From NCBI GenBank assembly GCA_965648905.1, contig CBFGIT010000004.1:32001-96000 (forward strand): a stretch of DNA of 64,000 nt, written 5' to 3'. The notes beneath the pieces were generated by a model, which was given only the letters and a program-made list of their open reading frames with translations, made no database searches and was not told where the DNA came from. Of this stretch, positions 30,437 through 40,697 are shown one piece after another. This stretch comes from a candidate division WOR-3 bacterium. Lineage in GTDB: Bacteria; Hydrothermota; Tepidihabitantia; Tepidihabitantales; Tepidihabitantaceae. Positions within the stretch are counted from its first letter, which is position 1, and every line of letters begins with the position of its first letter. The position numbers and the translations under genes are program-made.

Positions 30437-32437
30437 ATGAGTAACATCAGACGCTCGATGCGGTTCGCATCTCTCCTCAGCATATTGCTGTGCCCGAGCT
30501 GCAAGAAGAACCACCCGCCGGACGCGCCGGTTGCGCCTGCCGGTCCGGCGTCCGGCCGAGTTGACATCTTCTATCAGTTCATGACCGCCACCACTGACCC
30601 GGACGGCGATGATATCTGCTACCGGTTCTCCTGGGGAGACGGCGGCACAAGCGATTGGAGTCCGTTCATTGCCTCCGGCGACACGGCTGCCGCGTCGCAT
30701 CTGTGGGCGGCCCCTGGCAGGTATCAGGTGAAGACGCAGGCGATGGATAGACAGGGCGCGACTTCAGGCTGGTCGGCCGCGCACGGGCTGGTGCTGGTAG
30801 CGAACTCGCCGCCAGACAGACCACCGCAACCATCCGGCCCTGACGAGTGCTCGGCGTGTGTGGCACACGAGTTCGCCTGTTGTGCCACAGACCCCGACGG
30901 CGATCGTGTGGCAATCAGAATTGCCTGGGGCGACGGCGACACTTCGGGCTGGAGCATATGGGTCGCCAGCGGCGACACGGTCACGATGTCCCACATATGG
31001 TATTCGCGAAGTAGAAACGAGGTGAGGGCACAGGCGAAGGATTATTACCACGCGACCTCAGAGTGGTCCGCGGCGCACACGGTCTTCGTTGGCAGCAACC
31101 GGCCGCCGGGCGCGCCGTCGGTACCCTCTGGACCTTCAGCCGGCTGGATTTTGTCGCCTCACTCCTTCTCTGCTGCTGCGACCGACCCGGATGGCGACCG
31201 CGTCGCAGTCAGATTCGACTGGGGCGACGGCGACACATCAGACTGGAGCATGCTCGTTGGTTCAGGTGTTCCCGTGGAGTGTGCCCACAGATGGGGGGAC
31301 ACTGGTTCATTTTTGGTGCGCGCCCAGTCGAAGGACGAAAGAGGTGCTCTCTCCGGCTGGTCTGCTGGCTGCACCCTCGTTATCACCGAACTGCGCAGAG
31401 GAACGCTGCGCTGGCGCTACCGGACCGGTTCCCGTTACGACGGTTCATCTCCGGCCATCGGTGCGGATGGTGCGGTCTACGTCAGGTCAGGCTGCTATCT
31501 CTATGCCGTCAACCCGAATGGCACCCCCAAATGGTGCTATTGGACCAGCGAGGGCGGGTTCTCCTCGCCCGCCATTGCGGCGGACGGTACCGTCTACTTC
31601 GGATGCGACGACAGGTACCTGTACGCCATCAACCCGAATGGCAGCCTGAAATGGCGCTATCTGACCAGCGGTAGCGTGTTCTCATCCCCGGCACTCGGGC
31701 CAGACGGTACGGTGTACGTGGGTTCGGAAGAGGGTTACTACCTCTATGCCCTGAATCCGAATGGCACGCTGAAGTGGCGATACCAGACCGGCGACTATAT
31801 TTGTTCATCACCGGCAATCGACTCAGACGGTACGGTGTACTTCGGCTCCAACGGACCCTACCTCTACGCCCTGAACCCGAATGGTACCCTGAAATGGACC
31901 TATCAGACCGGTGGCATATATGGCTCCTCGCCGGCCATCGACACGGACGGCACGGTCTACGTCGGGTCTGGGGACAGCCACCTCTACGCCCTGAATCCGG
32001 ATGGCACTTTGAAGTGGAACTACAGGACTGGCTCGGACGTGGGGTCCCCGACGGTCGGCTCAGACGGCACGGTCTACGTCGGGTCAGCAGACAACTGCCT
32101 CTATGCCATTGACGCAGGTGGTACGCTCAAGTGGCGGTACGAGACCGGCGGCCAACTGGGCCACGCGCCGGCGATTGCGGCCGACGGCACGGTCTATGTC
32201 GGGTCACGTGACAACTGCCTGTACGCGGTCAGCTCCGACGGCTCCCTCAAGTGGCGCTACGAGACCGATGACGAAATCTACTGTTCGCCTGCAATCGGCG
32301 CGGACGGTACGGTCTACGTCTGGTCATCTGATGGCTACACTTACGCCATCTATGGTGACAGCCCGCTAGCCGCCTCGCCCTGGCCCAAGTTCCACCACGA
32401 TAACCGCAACACCGGGCGGGTAGGAGGTGGCAAGTGA
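30437..32437 (+). CDS. Lipoprotein with PKD repeats and PQQ-like beta-propeller (paralog of 20261-22306)
   Basis: Same architecture; SSPAI..DGTVY repeats; WPKFHHD terminus. Confidence 0.87.
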   Translation: MSNIRRSMRFASLLSILLCPSCKKNHPPDAPVAPAGPASGRVDIFYQFMTATTDPDGDDICYRFSWGDGGTSDWSPFIASGDTAAASHLWAAPGRYQVKTQAMDRQGATSGWSAAHGLVLVANSPPDRPPQPSGPDECSACVAHEFACCATDPDGDRVAIRIAWGDGDTSGWSIWVASGDTVTMSHIWYSRSRNEVRAQAKDYYHATSEWSAAHTVFVGSNRPPGAPSVPSGPSAGWILSPHSFSAAATDPDGDRVAVRFDWGDGDTSDWSMLVGSGVPVECAHRWGDTGSFLVRAQSKDERGALSGWSAGCTLVITELRRGTLRWRYRTGSRYDGSSPAIGADGAVYVRSGCYLYAVNPNGTPKWCYWTSEGGFSSPAIAADGTVYFGCDDRYLYAINPNGSLKWRYLTSGSVFSSPALGPDGTVYVGSEEGYYLYALNPNGTLKWRYQTGDYICSSPAIDSDGTVYFGSNGPYLYALNPNGTLKWTYQTGGIYGSSPAIDTDGTVYVGSGDSHLYALNPDGTLKWNYRTGSDVGSPTVGSDGTVYVGSADNCLYAIDAGGTLKWRYETGGQLGHAPAIAADGTVYVGSRDNCLYAVSSDGSLKWRYETDDEIYCSPAIGADGTVYVWSSDGYTYAIYGDSPLAASPWPKFHHDNRNTGRVGGGK

Positions 32438-32780
32438 TGCGGCATCTTGTGGCGAACCGGCACCTTGCTTGGCGCCGCGCTCACGCGATGCTGGTGCTGG
32501 CCGGTATCGCACTGACATGCGGGCTTCCGGTTTGCAGCAAAGGCCGGGACCCGATTCTGTGCCCACCGTACCTGGGGCCTGTGCTGAGCCGGTCGTTGAG
32601 CCGCAGGCCTGGGACGACCGGCTCGAACTCGGCACGCTCCCCGCGCGCGTCTGCTGCCGCACCGAGGACGGCTACTTCGTGCAGGTCGAGATGCTGGACT
32701 TGACCGGGCTGCCGGCACGACTAGACTGGAGTCGTGGTTTCAACCGGTCAAAGGTCTGCGCCTGCTGAGGCACGAAAGAG
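32434..32780 (+). pseudogene. Internally deleted, frameshifted paralog of the 38473-39333 gene
   Basis: 32491-32586 identical to 38494-38589, then jumps to sequence resembling the 3' end (PARVCCRTEDGYF, SWFQPVKGLRLLRHE). Confidence 0.85.
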
Positions 32781-34122
32781 GAGTACGGGTCGAAACCGTC
32801 GTCTGACGTCCACACCGGTTGTGCTGGCGCTGTTGACGGCCGCCTTGCCCGCCTCTGCTTGGGACGGCTGGTCGTGTTGTTTCAAGGACCTGTGCTGGTC
32901 GCCGGACAGCCGGCAGCTCTGCTTGACAGAATACGATGCTTTCTCAGCAGGCGAATTCGGCGAAGGTCAGGTGGCCACCGGCAAAGACGGCCTGCTCGTC
33001 GTGGATGTCCTTGACGGAGCATCCAGCTATCTTCTTCCATCCAGTGTTCAGATTCCCGAGCAGGCGAGAACCGACAGCAGCGCTGCATCACCTGCGCCTA
33101 CCGTCTGCGACACCATAATGGACTCAGCTCTTGCGGTCGCCTTCGCGGACGGCACGGTAGCGACGGTTGCACTGCCAGTCGAGGGCCAGGTGAGGGTAGG
33201 CGGAGGTGAGGTCTCTCCGGACCGAACTGCAGTCCTGTTCAATTGGTCGCGGGTCGATGAGCCCGGTCGGCCGTGGACATGGTCGGTCATCGGTCTGAAC
33301 GGAGAAGGCTGGCGGGAATGCGCAGCCGGCGGTGAAGGTGGCCCGGTGCCTCCGGTGTGGATAGGCCGTGGGGCAAGCGTGCTCGGCGTCGCGCAAGGCA
33401 ATGGCTGGCCCACCCGGTACCAGATTGTCGAACCAGACGGCGGTTACCGGACTCAGGTCGTCTGCGAAGAGACAGGAACCATCTCACTTGTCTTGCCTTC
33501 GCCGGACCGGATGCATGTGGTGTTCGAGATACATGAAGCCGGCGTCTCCGCGGTGGGTATTGTTGAAGCGGGTGTCACCGGGTTCCGACTCATTCGCGGC
33601 GCCCGCTCACCGCAGTGGCTTGGCGGCGGTCAGGCATTGACGTATCGCAACGGTGATGACATCGTCTTTGTAGCACCGGACGGCCGCCAACTGGCGCGCC
33701 AACCACTGGCAAACAATGGCTATGCGCCTCTCTGGCTCAGCAAGTCGGCTATCATCTTCCGTTCCGGGTTCGGCCGCAGCGAGTATCAGAATGGAGATGT
33801 CGGGGCTGACGGAGTGCTTCGCTACAATCACGGCGACCCGGTCTGGGAGATCAACCCGGTCACCCGCGAGGCTAAGCCGGCTGCGTCCGACAAGGTACGT
33901 CGGTACCTCGCCCGGGTCCGCTCAGTACCGGATGGGTTGCCGGTTCGCTCCCCTGACGGCAAGCGCTTGGCTTGGATTGAAACCCGCGGGGTGTCTCCGG
34001 CCGAGGAGTATCTCTACCGCAAGTCAAGAATCTGGGTCGCCGACGCCGACGGCAGCAACCGACGGGTGCTGCTGGAATCGCCGGCCAACTTCGAGTGGCG
34101 CGGGTACGAGAGTGACGAGTAG
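32734..34122 (+). CDS. TolB/PD40-like beta-propeller secreted protein (start uncertain)
   Basis: WSPDSRQL, SPDGKRLAWIE and IWVADADGSN motifs. Confidence 0.7.
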   Translation: MVSTGQRSAPAEARKRSTGRNRRLTSTPVVLALLTAALPASAWDGWSCCFKDLCWSPDSRQLCLTEYDAFSAGEFGEGQVATGKDGLLVVDVLDGASSYLLPSSVQIPEQARTDSSAASPAPTVCDTIMDSALAVAFADGTVATVALPVEGQVRVGGGEVSPDRTAVLFNWSRVDEPGRPWTWSVIGLNGEGWRECAAGGEGGPVPPVWIGRGASVLGVAQGNGWPTRYQIVEPDGGYRTQVVCEETGTISLVLPSPDRMHVVFEIHEAGVSAVGIVEAGVTGFRLIRGARSPQWLGGGQALTYRNGDDIVFVAPDGRQLARQPLANNGYAPLWLSKSAIIFRSGFGRSEYQNGDVGADGVLRYNHGDPVWEINPVTREAKPAASDKVRRYLARVRSVPDGLPVRSPDGKRLAWIETRGVSPAEEYLYRKSRIWVADADGSNRRVLLESPANFEWRGYESDE

Positions 34123-35611
34123 TCCGTTGGTGCGGATGGTGGTTGCTTTCGTTGCTGGCGTCCTTGTCGCTTGGGCGACCCTTGCCGGCGACAAGGACAT
34201 GTTGTCTGCGGATGAGGGTTGGTTCCTGCTCGACACCGGCAACCGGCCGGTGCCCGCGCCCGGTTTCCAGTGGCACCCGGCATCGGCCTTTGACGGCACA
34301 AGGTATCTCGTCGTGTGGCAGGACCATCGAGGCGACCATTCCGTTGACACCGAGGGCCCCACCCGAGTCTATGGTACTCGGGTCACTCCGGACGGGGTTG
34401 TTCTTGACACGAACGGCATTGCCATCTCGCCGGCATGGTGTAGTCACCCGGCTGTTGCCTTCGGTGACGGAGTGTTCTTCGTAGTGTGGGGCGGTGGTCA
34501 TGGGGTCGGATGTGCCCGGGTGACGCAGGATGGACTTGTTCTGGATACGAACGCTATCGTTATCTCGTTGGAGAGACACGGCCCGGAGAGCATGGCGGTG
34601 GTCTTCGACGGCACCGACTTCGTTGTGACATGGCAAAGGCTGGGAGATGACGACATGAACAGGGAAGTTCTGCGTCAGGCTCGGATCAGTAGAACCGGCG
34701 CCGTGCTCGATACGGTCAGCATCACAGATTCACGGTCTGTCGTCAAATCGGCGCCATCTGGTACCGTGTATGCTGAACCGAGCCGGGGCAACGGGATGGA
34801 TGTCTGGTTCAAGCCGAAGGGTGCGGCAGATGGACGAGACAGGGTTCTGGCCTCGCAGGCGGCGTACGGCCAATGGTCTCCGGCAGTTGCCTCTGACGGC
34901 GAGAGCTACCTTGTCGTCTGGGAAGACGACCGCGACTACTCCGATATCTATGGAGCCCGGGTGGCGCAGGACGGAACCGTGCTTGACCCCGGAGGCATTG
35001 TGATTTCCCGAGCAGACCACGAGCATGGTTTTCCGGCCTTGGCCTTTGACGGCGAGAACTACCTGGTGGTATGGACCGAGTGGCGGGCGGGAAGATACAC
35101 TGATGATTGCCGCGGCATTGTCGGCAGCGGGCTGCGCGCGGCACGGGTGACAAAGGCCGGCGCCGTGCTCGATACCAGCGGTTTCTCGCTTGTCCCTGAC
35201 GCATGGCCCCAAGGAACGCCGGCCATGGTCTTTGACGGTGAGCGCCACCTTGTTGTGTGGAAGCATGACCAGGGTGAACGATTCGAGATTCGCTGTGTTC
35301 GAGTAACGCCACAGGGGGGTACGCTGGACTCATCGCCGATACTGGTTTCGGGCAGCATGGATTACTGCGATGCCCCGAGCGTCGGCTTTGACGGCGCAGG
35401 TTTCTTGGTCGAGTGGAAGGACAGTAATGGCGGTGCCTACGCAGCGCGGGTCAGTCGGGAGGGCACTGTGTCAGCCGAGCGCGCAGTTGCCGAGCGCATT
35501 CCGACCAGCCGCAGTACTGGACGGGAAATCGAGGTCCGTGAGGCATGGGCCGGCACAGTCGAAGGCAAGCGTTACAACAACTACCGCATATGGGTAAGGC
35601 TGGTCCGATGA
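34112..35611 (+). CDS. Secreted repeat protein (FDG..YLVVW repeats)
   Basis: Repeated AFDG.xYLVVW.D and YGARV...G.VLD units; signal peptide after GTG 34112. Confidence 0.72.
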   Translation: MTSSPLVRMVVAFVAGVLVAWATLAGDKDMLSADEGWFLLDTGNRPVPAPGFQWHPASAFDGTRYLVVWQDHRGDHSVDTEGPTRVYGTRVTPDGVVLDTNGIAISPAWCSHPAVAFGDGVFFVVWGGGHGVGCARVTQDGLVLDTNAIVISLERHGPESMAVVFDGTDFVVTWQRLGDDDMNREVLRQARISRTGAVLDTVSITDSRSVVKSAPSGTVYAEPSRGNGMDVWFKPKGAADGRDRVLASQAAYGQWSPAVASDGESYLVVWEDDRDYSDIYGARVAQDGTVLDPGGIVISRADHEHGFPALAFDGENYLVVWTEWRAGRYTDDCRGIVGSGLRAARVTKAGAVLDTSGFSLVPDAWPQGTPAMVFDGERHLVVWKHDQGERFEIRCVRVTPQGGTLDSSPILVSGSMDYCDAPSVGFDGAGFLVEWKDSNGGAYAARVSREGTVSAERAVAERIPTSRSTGREIEVREAWAGTVEGKRYNNYRIWVRLVR

Positions 35612-35645
35612 TTGTGTGCCAGTCCAAGAGTGGAAGGAGACGAGG

Positions 35646-37238
35646 ATGAGTCTCAAGCTGCGATGCTCTCTCGGCCTGGCTGCCGCGGCTGCGGTCGCGG
35701 GGGCCTGGTTCGGCAGCGAGGTGGTGTTCAAAGACCTGCGTTGGTCACCCGACAGCCGGCGGCTCTCATTCGGCGCGGTCTACTACGATGAGGGTGGCGA
35801 CTGCGAAAGTGGGGCGGACGACGTGGTTATGTCAGTCGCAGTGGACAGCCCGGGAGCAGTCAGGTTGCTGACGACTTCGGGGGGCAGCATTGCCGTAGCC
35901 GCCGATGCCAGTAAGGCGGCGATTGTGAACGGCTATGGGCTCTTCGTCATTACTTGGCGGATGGCTCGTGTCAACAGGTCGCGATGGTCGATAACCCGGG
36001 CGACCGCCGAGACTACTTCATCAGTGCGGTGTGGTCGGCCTCCGGCGCGGCAATCGCCCTCAACTCTTGGCGCTATGCTCCAGGTGACAACCGCGTGCGA
36101 ATCATCGACCTTGCCAGCCGGGAAGTAGGTGACTTGTGGCCGTTCGATTCGCTCGAGCAAGAAGTCTCCGTGGTCGCTCGCTACTGGGAAGGCGACAGCG
36201 CGGTTGTCTGTTCCCCCTGGCGCGTTGATGATGAAGGGACGGACGCGGCGTTCTGGCGCGTCTGCCCGGCAACCGGCAATTGGCGTCCGCTCGACTCGGC
36301 CGAACTGCGCGCGGACCTGCGGCCGCAGTTCCGCGTTCGCGAGCACGGAGGGCTATTGACGGTCGAGAGTCTCGGCGTCCGGCTGCACGAGTTCCGGCCG
36401 CAGCCGGATGGGTGGCTCGAAGGCGTCAGCCTGTCTCCGGACGGATGTTGGATCGCCTACGTCCATCACAGCCTCGAGGGACAGCTTCCTCGCGCAAGGC
36501 TGGTGAAGAGGGACGGAAGTGATGACCGGCCACGGGGCGACCCGTTCGCCTGGCTCGGTGGCCATGACGTGCTTTTAATACCGGGACGGCGCGATGGTCG
36601 TTGACCCGCTCGACCGTGAGCCCATGGTGTTGTTCCCGGTGCGGGCGCAGGCGGTAAGTGCTGTCACCATTGCCGCCGACGGTCGTCGCTTCCTTCTCGA
36701 TTTGAAGCAGCCAGGCGGACCGGAAGTTGCATTTGCGCTCCTGGACAGCAGCGGTTACCGGGTGCTGGGTCCCGGTTGGTCGGGCCAGTGGTTGGACAGC
36801 AACCGGGCGTACTTCGCCAACGGACAAGGCTATACCATCGCAACACTTGATCCTCCCGCACTCAAGCACATCCACCTGGCAGGCAACGGTCACGACGCCT
36901 GCTGGCTGGACGACTCGACTGTAATCTTCCGCACGGGCCATGGTTTCTTTGATGCATTAGGAAGCAGCGTCACCTACCCGGTCGAGGGCGAACTCTGGCA
37001 GGTGAACATCACCACTGGGCGGATGGAGCCGTATACCTGGGAACCGATTCATCCAGGGCCGGCATGTCAGAAGGGCGATGCGCCTGCGCTCTCACCAGAC
37101 GGCAGACTTGTGGCCTGGATCGAGGATATCCCCTCAGGCGAAGGCGACAGCATCCGCGGGTATCGTAAGGGTGTCTTCGTGGCCGATGCCGAGCGCACGT
37201 GGCAGAGACTCCTGGCCAGCCCGTGGTCGAACTTCTGA
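35646..37238 (+). pseudogene. TolB/PD40-like gene with two frameshifts (paralog of 32734-34122)
   Basis: Three overlapping ORFs; FKDLRWSPDSRRL start and SPDGRLVAWIE...SPWSNF end match the paralog; shifts near 35950 and 36577. Confidence 0.75.
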
Positions 37239-37500
37239 AGCCGTGAATGCTGCTAGGGTGGCCTTGGCAGGTTCATTCCCGATGAGGCAACCGGTGGTAG
37301 TTGACGACGGGTACGCCAAGCCTTACCCCCGACGCGGGCTGTTGGGCTCGGCACTGACAGGGAACACCAGAGATGGACGGGCAGGCGCAGATGGAGTTGT
37401 TCCGGATGCACTCGCAGCAGATTGAGGGCGTGCAGGTGAAGGAGCTGAACGCACGCCATCGGGCCGCGTTCGCTGAGGCGTTCAATGTAGGCAAGGCGGC

Positions 37501-38379
37501 GACCCGGTCGAGGCAGCACCTCTGCTTGCCGCACTGGCAAACCAGGAGCTAGCCAACGGCAACACTGAAGAAGCCGAGCGGTCTTACCGGCGGGCGCTGG
37601 CGATTGTCGAGCGGAAGCACGAGGCCGGCCATCCGGAATCGGCGAGGGCCATGGCCGAACTCGCTACGGCGGTGGGACAATCGGGCAGGTATGAGGAAGC
37701 CGAAGGGCTGCTACGCGAGGCCTTGCGGACTCTCGAAGCAGTGCTCGGGCCCGAGCACCCTGACGTCGCCCTGAACATGGCCAGGCTGGCCACGGTGCTG
37801 CACAGCCGGGCAAAGTATGAGGATGCCGAGACGCTGCTGCGGCAAGCACTGGCAGCCCAGGAAAGAACCCTCGGCGCTGGCCATCCGAGCGTGGCAAGGA
37901 GTCTCGGTGCCCTTGCCGCTGTGCTAGACAGGCAAGGCAGATACTCGGAGGCAGAGTCGCTATTGCGTGACGCTCTGATACGGCATAGCGAGCAGTCCGG
38001 TTTCTACCACGCCGACTTCGCCGGCGGTCTCGGCAATCTGGGAAGTCTCTTTACCTCGCTGGGCATGTACGCCGACGCGGAAACGTTGCTGCGTCGGGCA
38101 CTGACCATCAAAGAGGAAGTCCTGGGGCCAGAACATCCAGGCACGGCCAAGAGCCTGGTCGACCTGGCCGAGTTGCTGTATGCTCGGGGTGACTATGCCG
38201 AGGCCGAGCCGCTGTATCGGCGGGCGCTCGCCATCAGGGAGAGGGCACTAGGCCCTGAACATCCCAGCACCATCAAGGTCGCCGAGCATCTTGCCGCCCT
38301 GCTGCGCAAGACCGGCCGCGAGGAAGACGCCCGCTGCCTGGCCGCGCGGTTCCGGAAGCCGAGCGATGCGACTCAGTGA
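37501..38379 (+). pseudogene. TPR-repeat protein, 5' end disrupted
   Basis: LGPEHP.(V/T)A and AE.L.RRALAI repeats; TPR-like coding extends upstream of ATG 37651 to an in-frame stop with no start codon. Confidence 0.65.
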
Positions 38380-38472
38380 ACGCGGTTTCATCTGTGGTTG
38401 AACCTGCTGCCGAGATGCACTGCAGAGATGTCCTCGGGTTGACGGTCGGTTGTGTCAGAAAGGAGATGCAGC

Positions 38473-39333
38473 GTGACTGCTGGAAGACTGATTCTGGTGC
38501 TGGCCGGTATCGCACTGACATGCGGGCTTCCGGTTTGCAGCAAAGGCCGGGACCCGATTCTGTGCCCACCGTACCTGGGGCCTGTGCTGGATGCTGTGAC
38601 AGACAGCACTGTCAAGATTGCCTGGACGCCGCCTGATGCTGAGGAGCCGGGCTTCGGCTGTAGCCGCCACAAGGTCAGCGCGGACAGCTTCTCGGTCCGG
38701 TTCATGGAATGCGGTGCGGTTTCATACGACCTGCTAGGGAGCACAGACAGCACTGAATGGGTGCATAACCCGGCAGGGATGACCGGCACATACAAGGTCA
38801 CAGCCTGGTTCGGGGACACGTCGTATGCATATGACATGACGCCTTCGACCGTGCCGCTTCACTCGTCCGTCATCGTCGTTGCCGAGCTGAATGCGGCAGG
38901 CGACGCCGGTTACGGCTGGGGCCGAGCCGATGGCCGAGGCGAGAACTGCTCGATGCGCGATGCTGCCAGTATCGGCCGGGCGGACTTCTACCTGACCGAC
39001 TTCGCAGCCGGGTTCCACGGGCCGGCGTATTTTTTCGCCAGCCCTCACCTTGGCCCCGGTGACCTCGGGGAAAGAATACCGGCGGCAGACTGGCGGGTGA
39101 GCACCTTTGCCGCCCTGCTGCCGAACGGCAGCGCTCCGTCACCAATAGTCGAACCGCAGGCCTACCTCGACCGGTTCGAGCTGAGAACAACGCCCGCGCG
39201 CGTCTGCTGCCGCACCGAGGACGGCTACTTCGCGCACGTTGAGGTGTTTGACTTGAATCTGTCTGATGGTACGGTTAGAGTGGAATCGTGGTTTCAGCCA
39301 ATCAAAGGCCTGCGCCTGCTAAGGCACGAGTGA
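38473..39333 (+). CDS. Hypothetical secreted/lipoprotein
   Basis: AAGGAG RBS and GTG start; signal peptide; intact copy of the 32434 remnant. Confidence 0.75.
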   Translation: MTAGRLILVLAGIALTCGLPVCSKGRDPILCPPYLGPVLDAVTDSTVKIAWTPPDAEEPGFGCSRHKVSADSFSVRFMECGAVSYDLLGSTDSTEWVHNPAGMTGTYKVTAWFGDTSYAYDMTPSTVPLHSSVIVVAELNAAGDAGYGWGRADGRGENCSMRDAASIGRADFYLTDFAAGFHGPAYFFASPHLGPGDLGERIPAADWRVSTFAALLPNGSAPSPIVEPQAYLDRFELRTTPARVCCRTEDGYFAHVEVFDLNLSDGTVRVESWFQPIKGLRLLRHE

Positions 39334-40064
39334 GAAACACTGCCGGCGGGTTGGCTCGGGAGCTTGGCCTGTTGCTCGCACTACTGCTCGCGGCTGTGCC
39401 GCTGGGTTGCGGCAGAGGTCGCCAGTCTGAGGCGCGTGCCAAGTCCGACCGAGCGGCCCCGGAAGCAGCAACGGGTGACTCAACTGCCGGTCGTGGAGCA
39501 GATAGCGCGGGCACGGCCATGGACTCGGCACTTGCCGAGTTCATCTCCGCCCAAGCCTCGGGATGGGTGCGGCGTTCGGCTGAGCGCATCCCTGGATTTG
39601 CGCCTTCTCAGCTTAGAATGACCTCACAGCGCGAGTTTCAGTTGGAATGGCGTAACCCAGGTGAACCCATCCCGCGCGCCGAGCGCGAGGCAAGACTCGC
39701 CCTGCGGCAGAAGCTGGGGTTTCTGTCGTTTTCCCCGGACAGCAGTCGATATGTTGATTTGGACGGCTACGCCGGGATTGTCGTTTCCGATGGCGACACC
39801 GAGGTCCTGCGTGAACCGGACCAGCTTGTGCAACTTGTCGAGTCCGGGACCGGAAGGACAGCCCGCATCCGTTTCCACGGCACTGCCAGCAGAACAGAGA
39901 AGGTCCTGTGGCTGAACGATTCGACGCTGGTGCTGCTCAATCAGGTAGAGGAGCACGCCGTGCAAGGCCCTCCGCCGATCGTGCCCGAGGTCGAGGTCTT
40001 CGACCTGGCCAACGGCAGGGTCATAAACTTTCGCCTGCCAATCGCCATGCTCGCGAAGCAGTAG
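39330..40064 (+). CDS. Hypothetical lipoprotein
   Basis: GTGA overlap; lipobox VPLGC; FSPDSSRYVDL. Confidence 0.7.
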   Translation: MRNTAGGLARELGLLLALLLAAVPLGCGRGRQSEARAKSDRAAPEAATGDSTAGRGADSAGTAMDSALAEFISAQASGWVRRSAERIPGFAPSQLRMTSQREFQLEWRNPGEPIPRAEREARLALRQKLGFLSFSPDSSRYVDLDGYAGIVVSDGDTEVLREPDQLVQLVESGTGRTARIRFHGTASRTEKVLWLNDSTLVLLNQVEEHAVQGPPPIVPEVEVFDLANGRVINFRLPIAMLAKQ

Positions 40065-40697
40065 TAAACTTGCTATTCCACCCCGGGCCGACGAGAGTTG
40101 AAGTCACTGACAGCAGAGAGCCTGCCTGATGCCGAGAACCAGACGCGAAGGCAACAGGTGTATTAGAATGGTATATAGTTGTAACAAGACGATGGGCAGA
40201 ACTATGGGCAGGCGTCAGTCAATGCAACTGCTATTCCAACAATGACTTGGCATTGGGAGAATCGTGGTGACCAAATCTGATTCCTTGCTTTGCTCGGCAG
40301 CTGACGGCAAGCTACGTTTCAGCAATCACTTAGCCGATACCTGGGTCAGGGAGGGGCCGTACCCTATACTGTAATCACGAGTCTGACTGACAACGCGGCC
40401 TAGCAAGCGTCGGCTCCGGTGATGCCGCATGTCATGCCGCGAGCGTTTGCTCGGGCGACTAGTGCGAGGCTGCCTGAAGCAGTTCTGCCAGTTGTGCCAG
40501 GCTCGACGGCACGAATGTCAGCTCGGGCATTGGCGCATGTCGTCTGGTGAGCAGTTGCGCTGGTCTGCTACTGTGCGTTTGAACCGGTGTTGGTCGCGGT
40601 CTTGCGCTGGGTCTTGGGCTGAGCCTTATGTTCCATGTCAGCCTCGTGGAAAGCGCAGCGCTTCATGCCCGGGCGCTGTTATTCTGCCTGCGTTCGG

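Noticed and set aside
31400..32350. CRISPR-like periodic repeats
   Set aside because: Coding PQQ-propeller repeats (about 120-bp period, degenerate at wobble positions), not repeat-spacer arrays; same for the BNR repeats at 22400-23490
32587..39333. DGR template/variable repeat pair (32587-32780 vs 39141-39333)
   Set aside because: Differences are not adenine-specific and are largely third-position; no reverse transcriptase in the window
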